DNA of 64,000 nt from Oikopleura dioica (taxonomy: Eukaryota > Animalia > Chordata), in the NCBI GenBank assembly GCA_907165135.1, contig OU015568.1, forward strand, positions 7,316,001 to 7,380,000. The letters are read 5' to 3'. Every line of letters starts with the position of its first letter. The first letter of the stretch is position 1. Under the pieces are notes generated by a model. The model did not search any database, was not told the DNA's origin, and saw only the letters and a list, made by a program, of their open reading frames with translations. The position numbers were made by a program, and so were the translations under genes. Positions 36,301-45,300 of this stretch are shown here, piece by piece.

Positions 36301-39300
36301 GTCGGGATCGTCGTCGAGGAACTGAGTTGACCATAAGTACGGCTGAATCAACAACGACAAGGACTTTGTTTTCTTGCTCCGCGATTCGCGCACAGAGACG
36401 GTTGTCCAGATCGGTGAGGTGGTCCGATCCAATGGTCGTTTCCAAGGTCCAGCAATGACGAGGTCCAAGGGGAAACTTGACCAGTTGAAAGATCCCTGAG
36501 TCGCTTTTAACCAGGAAAAATCCCTTGAACTTGAGTATCCACGGTTCGCGCTCTGAGAAGTGATAGATTTCTTCCAAGAAAGGACGTAATTGAGGGAGTG
36601 GGTGAGATCGGGCGTTCCTGAGCAGAAATTCCAGTCCGGTGTTTGTCTGTTCGACCTCTTCGACCTCGCTGTCAGACGATTCCATCTCGGAAAAATTCAA
36701 ATAGTACTTTTTCATTCTTTTTCTTCTCTACCCAGACTTTTTATTTTGAATTTCTAGCGTCGCAATTGAGCTCTGAACGCACACTGCGTAACCGGAAAGA
36801 ACGCCACAAATCTGAAAGCACGCCGCGAAACTCGGCGCCATCAAGAGTTTGGGCTCAACCTCGAATTATAAAAAAACTCGTGCTCGCAAACTTTTCATCT
36901 AAAATGCCACGGAAATACTACCTTATAAATGAAGACTTCACCGAAGATGAGATTGTAATTTTCTGCCTGCAATGCAATAAGAAAATTACTCGGAATTTCG
37001 GTGTTTTTCATCCCGACGTGAAGTATGCAAAGAACGAAGAGGGAACGAAAGCTACAAGATATTCACATTGTGAATTGTGCAAAGGACAAGCGTATGTCCC
37101 TTTGACGCCCGAAGAATGGAGAGCTTTCGAGAAACAGGCTATCAAATGCGACGACGAGTATTTTTCGTACCCACTTACAGTTTCGGATTTCTGCAAAACT
37201 TTTTCGATTGCAGACTGCTTTGGATCACTGGTTACGAAACTTCGACAAAGAAGAATGGCTGCGAGACAGATCGACGATGAAGAGATGAAAAACTGCATGA
37301 TTTGCCATGGAGAAGAAGAACCAATGGTAACTTAAACTTTTTCTTCACATTTTTAACGGACGCTTTTATTAGACACACAGCCCCTGCAAACACTTCTACT
37401 GCACGAAATGCTACGAGAAAATCCGACGTGAATTCAAAAGATGCTCCTTCTGCAATTTGCCGTTTGAGTACACCAACTTTATGGACATCGTTCATGAAAC
37501 TGGAATCGAGTAAAACTTTTTAAACGCTGCAATCTGTCTTTCCCTGTGCACCTAGGCAAGCTGTTCTCAATAAAATCCAGTGCATGAAATTTAAGCTGCG
37601 TTAAATCTTGCAGGTGCCATATGGCCTAATGGAGGCGCTAGAAATGAAGATACTGATAAAAGCAGAGAGTTTTGGGCAGAAGTATCAAAATCGAAACACT
37701 CTTTTTGCAAGCAGAAAATGAATGACAAGTTCTCCTCCATGAATCTTGCTGACAGCGACGTCGAAAAAGAGAATAAAGCTGAATACAATCACATGGACAT
37801 AGCGAGGTCCATGGAGCGTGAAGTGAGCGGATCGACGAAATACCTTGAGAGATGGATAAAACGCTCGAAATCTCTCCCTGGCCTTCTTGACTGGAGAGGT
37901 CCGGTCGTCATGCGCGGATTCAAGACGGACCTTCTTCAGGTCATCACGTATCCACTTGGAATGCAGGACCATCCATGCTTCTACAAAATCAACCTCGCGT
38001 CATGCCGATCAAAAAATTACGAAGGAAGAACCGTCAAAGTTCGGGAACGCTCGATGACAAGAAGTCGCCACGTCTCCGTAATCTTCCGCGGCAGCGGTGA
38101 CTTTCGGCAAGTGATTGATACAGACGTGCCATACATTCGAGACGAGGGAAAAAAATACAAAATCAAGAATCCCAAATTCGATGTCGCCCTGGAGATCAAG
38201 CCTGATTTGACCATTGGAACCTTGCAAATCTACACTTACCAGCTGGAATGAAACAACGAAGACTCCCTTACTCGATTGACGAGTATCCATGTCCTGCTTT
38301 TCTCCCCTTTTCTGCGCCTTTCTCACTATCTTTCTTTTTCTTTGCATTTTTTCCCTCGTCTCGGATGTATGGCACTGCTTTATCATTCTCAATAACTTTC
38401 CACATGTTTCTTTAGTACATCACTTTCTGCCAGTCTCCAAATAAACAAAGAAATAAAATTTCAAAAGTAATTTATTTATCGTTGAGGCAAAGACAGAGCA
38501 ATCGACCCTGCATATTGTTTATAAACATTTTCTTTGATGAAGAAAAATGAAAGTGGAACTTTCTTTCCCAAAAATGAAAGTTTTCGGTTTTCCGAAAATT
38601 CTTGATTTTTGGTGAATTTTGACGCGAATTTTCCGGTGGAACCATTCATGCCAGAGATTTGTGTAATGATGACTTTTAAAGAGTAGTTCTCAAGCTTCAA
38701 AAAACAAGAAAGAAAAATATCATATCTCTGTTCAAAATTTTTTTCTGACGAAAAAGAAAACATGTATATCAATATACATATTTTCAAATTTGGATGATTT
38801 TTTCTCCAAAATCAAATATTTTTTTCTCAGTTTGTTGTTTCTAGCTGTTTTTACCATTTTTAGTGACCAAACAACCATAAAGATCAATTTAAGCGAATAT
38901 TACGACGGTTTTTGAAAAATCGAAATTTCAGCATTTTTCCGGAAATTCTCGATTTTTGGTCAATTTTGACGCAAATTTTCTGGTGGAACCATTCATTCCA
39001 CAGATTTGTGTAATGATGGCTTTTGAAGAGTAGCTCTCAAGCTTCAAAAAACAAGAAAGAAAAATATCATATCTCTATTCAAAATTTCTTTCTGACGAAA
39101 AAGAAAACATGTATATCAATATACATATTTTCAAATTTGGATGATTTTTTCTCCAAAATCAAATATTTTTTTCTCAGTTTGTTGTTTCTAGATGTTTTTT
39201 ACCATTTTTAGTGACCAAACAACCATAAGGATCAATTTAAGCGAATATTACGACGGTTTTTTGAAAAATCGAAATTTCAGAATTTTTCCGAAAATTCTCG

Positions 39301-42300
39301 ATTTTTGGCCAATTTCGACGCGAATTTTCTGGAAGAACCATTCATTCCACAGATTTTAATAATAATGGGTTTTAATGAGCAGTTCTTAAGCTTCAAAAAT
39401 CAAGAAAGAAAAATATCATATCTCGTTTCAAAAATTTTCTCTGAGGAAAAAGAAAACATGTATATCAATATACATATTTCCAAATTTGGATGATTTTTTC
39501 ACGGTTTGTTGTTTCTAGCCTTTTTTTTGCCATTTCTGGTGAAAAAACATCCATAAGAGACAATTTAAGCGAATATTTTGATGGTTTTCGAAAAATCGAA
39601 ATTTCAGAATTTTTCCGAAAATTCTCGGTTTTCGGTCAATTTTGACGCAAATTTTCTGGTGGAACCATTCATGCCAGAGATTTTTATAATGATGGCTTTT
39701 AAAGAGTAGTTCTTAAGCTTCAAAAATCAAGAAAGAAAAATATCATATCTCGTTTCAAAAATTTTCTCTGAGGAAAAGAAAACATGTATATCAATATACA
39801 TATTTCCAAATTTGGCTACCTTCCGGCCAATAATATAAAGATTTGCGTTTAAACTCCCTTAACTTTTCATTTTTGATGTTTCTATAGTATTTATGCATAA
39901 AATATTTGTATATATTCCTGCAAACCTCTGAGATTCTTTATCTGGACTTTCGGTAGATAGCTTATGTTCTATATTATCAGTCAAAGAAAAGGAAGGCATT
40001 TGAAAAGGCAGCTAATATTTTTTCCGGGAATGGTTGATCGACAGGGAGGACGTCTGTTTACGCTGGCGAACTGCTCGAGCTAGAATGTTTGTTAGTTCAA
40101 TTTTCTTTTGGTGTCTTTAACCTGGTTGCTCAACGTCTCGCTTGGTTTGAGTCTTTGTTGTCGCGGCGGAAGTCGTGCGAACTGATCCATTCCATGGAGG
40201 TCGGTTGACTGTTTGTGATTTTTTTGGCTCGGCAAGGCGGGTGGAAGTTTTCTTTGGAGCTTTTCGGAGGCCGGAAGTGGCAGGGTTTGCTGGCGAAACT
40301 GAAGGCGTAGCAATTGAAGAAGCGGCACTTGGTTTGCGAGCAGAAAGGCGAGCGGCGGAATTGTCAGTTTGACGGGCAGGAGTTAGATTGAGAGCGGAAG
40401 CAGCAGAGTTGACCGTCGGATCGCGTGTCGCAGTAGTCGGATTGTTGGCAGCAGGGGAAGCAGAAGACGGAGTGAGGAGATTGGTATTCGATCTTGGAGC
40501 GGTCGAGGACAGGTCAAGGGGCAAGGCGTCAAATGAACCGTCCCACTCGAGTTCAGGAGAAGGAGATTGTACTAAATATCATATAATAAGCTGTTTTTCA
40601 GGACATCTCAAACCTGGTAGGCTGCCTTGTGGCTGATGAGCTTCTGATTGTCGACTTGCTGGCGGTTCTGTTGCTGGTGGCTGATTTTCTGGCTGACGAG
40701 CGTGTCGGATGGTAATAACATGGACAATGGCTGAAACTCAATTTTAGTTTTTACGGAGCAGGAAATCAATTCACCTTGAATTACAAGACGAAAAACGAAG
40801 TAAAGCCAGACCAAAATCACTACGATGAGAGCAACCTCTTTTGAGAAAAACTTAACTAAGCAGTCTGAACTGGGTTCGAAAATTCGTGAAAAAGAAAACT
40901 CTTTAAGATTGTCTGAACCCTTGTTCTGCGTATGAGATACAAAAAATCACGTCTGTCTTGCCGCTGTCTGTCTCAGGAGAAGTTGTTGTTTCCAGGCCTG
41001 TTTCTGTTGTAGCTGTCGTAGGAGAAATCGTTGGTATTGGTCTTCGACCCATCATTCTTTTTTACTCTCTGAAATTAAATAGAAATAAATGTTTAAGAGA
41101 GTGTCCTTTTAGATGAAGAAATTGATGGCGGCACACGGGATATTGAAAGGATGGCACACGGAGGAAGAGAGTGAATGTCCTGTAGATTGGGAAGAAAGAA
41201 GGTATTGAATCGGCACACGGGAGAAGCACACAAAGGTTGAGAGATGGAAGAAGGAGGATTGTCGTTTCGCACACAGGAATGAGAAGAAGAGCGGCAACAA
41301 AGATGTGAGAGCCTTCAAGTGAATTAGAAATGAGAGAAAATAATTTCAAAAAACTTACTTTGTTTTCAAGGAGTTTAGATGTCTTCTGGAAGATGAACAG
41401 GTCGTGAGATCAGCAAGTCTAAGTTGAATTGAGATAAAGTTTTTTTGATATTTGCTTACTTCTTCGTGGAGGTTCATTCTTTTGCTTCTTGACGATGAGG
41501 CAGACGAGGATGATCATCATCAGGATCGAGACGCCAACGGCAGCGAGAATTGAGATGTTCATAATCTCCTCGATCTTTGCTTTCATCGCCGGCTCTAAGA
41601 ATCGTATAAATGGAGCTCTGTAGAAATATATCTCTCAAATTTAATGACTGTATGAAAGCTTTTAGTAAATGTGGCTTGAGTCGTAAATAGCAAAAATTCT
41701 TTATTGAAAGGCTTTACCTTGGCAGGAGCAAAATTCTTCAAGCTCGTCTTGGGCGATGTAATCGAATCTGTAGTCAGTCCACGAGTCGCACATAATCACC
41801 CGAGATTCAGTCTTTTAAATGAAAAAGTATTGCATTAAACTCGCTATCATCATTCAAAAACTTTCATGTCAACAGTTCTTTTCAGACTTCCTGAATTTTT
41901 GGCTTTCCATCTTCTTTTTTCTTTCGCCAGGTACCGTTCCACTTGAGCCACTCGGGCATCACGAACTCGTGCTTCTCGTTTGGACCCCATTCTTCATACT
42001 TTTTCTTCTTCTTTGGCTTGCTCTCGTCAACTTCCTGGATGTCTTCATCGTTCCTTTTGCCCTCGTCCTTTCTTGAACCTTCGTCTTCTTTGATTGTTTC
42101 GTCTTTTCTGTTATCTATTATTCTTGTATGAGTTCGAGACTAAAGAATTGAAATTTACCTTTCGGGTGAGGACTTCCCTGGGTGAGAATTCTCTTGCAGT
42201 CCCAGATCCAGGTTCTTATACGCACTCGATATCTGTACATCAGAATGAGTATGAGCCAGATCGTTGACCCGATTGCGGCTAAGTAAGATAATTGAAACTA

Positions 42301-45300
42301 TCGCTCATACACTCGCGGTTACCTTGCAAGCAGGCTGCTTTGAGCAAGCTTGAGTTGTCCGACTTTGGATTGTCTAACAAAGTCCTTGTCATTTCCTCGG
42401 CTGTGCTGGTGGTGGACTCCCAGGGTAAGCCAGTCTTGGACGTCGAGGGAAAGTCAGTCGTCGAGACATCATCGTCTCCACCTGGGAGATGAACAACGAA
42501 TCGTCTCATCTCTGAACCCAAAACTTGTTTAGCTCTTATTAAAAGTAAAGAGTTGAAGAGAAGATAATTTAAAATCGAGAAGCCGCTTGCGGCTGCGTAA
42601 AGAAAAAATCAGATGAGCTAAAAAAAAATCAAGAAGTCGCTCGCGACTGCGTATATAAGAATCAGAAAGACTTGCTTAATCAACAAGCCGCTTGCGGCTG
42701 CTGATATATGACAGTTTATCTCTATTTATTATTTATAGTCAGCCTAAGAATTTAAATTGAAAGGCAGAAAGGAAATTTCGATATTTCTCTTTTTGTTTCT
42801 CTGCAGAATGATTCTCTTTCGAAGATGCAAGTGCAGGGCAAAGTGCGTGCTTGAAATTGGCCCGCCCTTGAGCGGGCGCTCCGCTGATTCGCCTTTTCAA
42901 CCCCCGCACGCGTGAACCTAGCCTGCGGCAGGCGCGCGCACCGCAGGACCAGCCAAACTGGCGCCAAAAAAAAGCGCAGAGCGAAGCAAGATGAGAGAAC
43001 TCGATTCCGAGCGCCCCTTGACCCCGTGGGAGCGAAAGATCATAGACGCAATCAAAAACGAAAATCTTCGCTCAGTTTCCGACCTATTCATCCTTATCAA
43101 AGGTATTTTAACAGCCGAAATTCAAAAGTTAATCAAATTAAAGCTGAAGTAGAATTCAACAAGGATGTCGAGCTAGCAACACAAATGATGGCCAAGATGA
43201 AAATAAACAACGAAGGAATGGAATGGGAAATGACCGCGAAAATGGATGTAGATACCGAGAACGAGGAAATGGAAATCGACAGCGTGAACAAGGAAATGGA
43301 AGTCGACAGCGTGGATGAAGAGATGGAATGTGATGGTGACCAGATCGACATGATGGAAGAGTAGAATATTGCAAGATCATTTTACTTTTCACGGAAAACA
43401 TAATTGAAACGTTAACCTTATTGAAACTAGCTAATTCAAGCGTATTGTAACCTGCCACTTCATAACTAGCCATAACTGATATTTTATTGATAAAACATAA
43501 TTGAAACGTCAACGATAAAACCTTATGTAAAACAGCTAATCTTTTTTGCAAGCGAATAACAACCTGCCACTTCAAAACTAGCCAAAAACTGATATTTTTT
43601 TGCCATAAATATTTAACTTCAAGTGCCTAATCATGTTCAAATTTATTGAAATATATATTTCTTAACAGTTCCAAATCATATTTATCAAATCACAGACACA
43701 ATAAAAACTAAAAAAAAGAATCCAACGTGTTTAACAAGCAGGAGTTCGAGCAGGATAGAAAGCATATCATACCCAAGAATCTTGAGGAGACAAAGCAGGA
43801 TCAGAATCAGTAACGACGATCGAGGCTCTTTTCGCAGTCGACTTCTTCTTTGGCTTCATCTTGCAAATCTTGATTGCCATCCAGCAGTAACCAGCGATCG
43901 CGAGTGCAACAAGGGTTGTAGCAGCTTTGTTCTGGCTGATGATTTCTTCGTTGATTTTGCAAATCAAGTCGAGAAAAGGAAATTCTTCTGAGACTGGTGC
44001 GCTGCGATTCATTTTTTTTTTAATGATAATTTTTGAGCTATCAAGCTCATTTTTATGCCCTAAATCAATGCCTCAAATCAGTGCTAAAAAAACAACGGAA
44101 GTTCACCAAAGCATGTTTATTGAAAGAAACTAAATCACCGGAAGTAAGGAAACAGAAGAGTTTGCAAAGAGGAAGGAATTCAAAGCTCAGTAAAGGTTTT
44201 TTCTGGCGTCACGGTGGCGGGAGGATCTTCTTCGTCTTCCATCATCTCAGCAACTTCGTCGATGAACTCGGTAGTTTCTCGTGTGATGAGTCCCATGCTG
44301 AGTGCTGTGTCCAGAGTCTCCCCTAAAAGATACGGCGATAAGCAAGCATCGATAATCGTATCAGGAGTACCTCCTCTTGACGGATTCTCCAGCTCCGATT
44401 GCAGCTGACGGATTTCTTCTGCTCTTGCTTGAGCGTCGTTCTCATCGACGATCTGCTGGAATTGTTCGCCGTCCAAGGAGTCGAAAGTACTATCAGCGTA
44501 GGCAATGTCTATCGCTAGATAATTGTTAGAGAGGGATTCGAAAGTTCAAATTACCTGGGACAACTTGATCGTCATCGTCGGAAGACGAATCTCCAGTCAA
44601 ATCAACTTGATGAAAATTAATAGAAGCTTAAATAAAAATATTTACTTGTTGGGATTGCTGAAGCCATCATTTGTTGAATGGAAATCGGTCGGAATTCGGG
44701 AACCCGAGGAGATTGAATAACAGATGGTCGTCCAGCCGGAGAAGGAAACTCAAATGGTTGAGGACGGGGAGAGTCAAATGGAGGAGGCGTCGGCGGCGGT
44801 GTGAACATTGATGCTCGACTCGTGGAAGGTTGGCACATGTCCCAGGTCGTTTGAGTCCAAAGTTGATTCTTTTGCGACTTTGGACGAGTCGCCCATTCTT
44901 CCTCGCTATCAGGACCAGTATCAGCGCCGCTATCATCGTTGCTTTCAGCTGCGTCGTTTTCTTCAGCTGCGTCGTCAGCTTCAAAAACGTCAGAATCTCC
45001 AGCAGCGTCGTCCTCTTCAGCCTCAGCGTCGATGTCTTCCCCATTATCGCTTCCATTGTCAACTTCATCATTTTCAAGCTGATCGAGCTGGTCAATTTTT
45101 GGTCGCTTTTGTTCCGGCTCATCAGATTCGAACAATCTTCGTTTGGCAGCTAAAAAAACAATCAAGAATTTGCTTGAACGTTGACTCTTACATCTTGTTT
45201 TTGGAGGAGAGCTAGGATAGTAGGTTTCATCATCATCAGAGTCATCTTCGGAGGAGGAGGATGCGTCGCTGGAATCGTCAATGTCAATTTCTCCGTCTGA

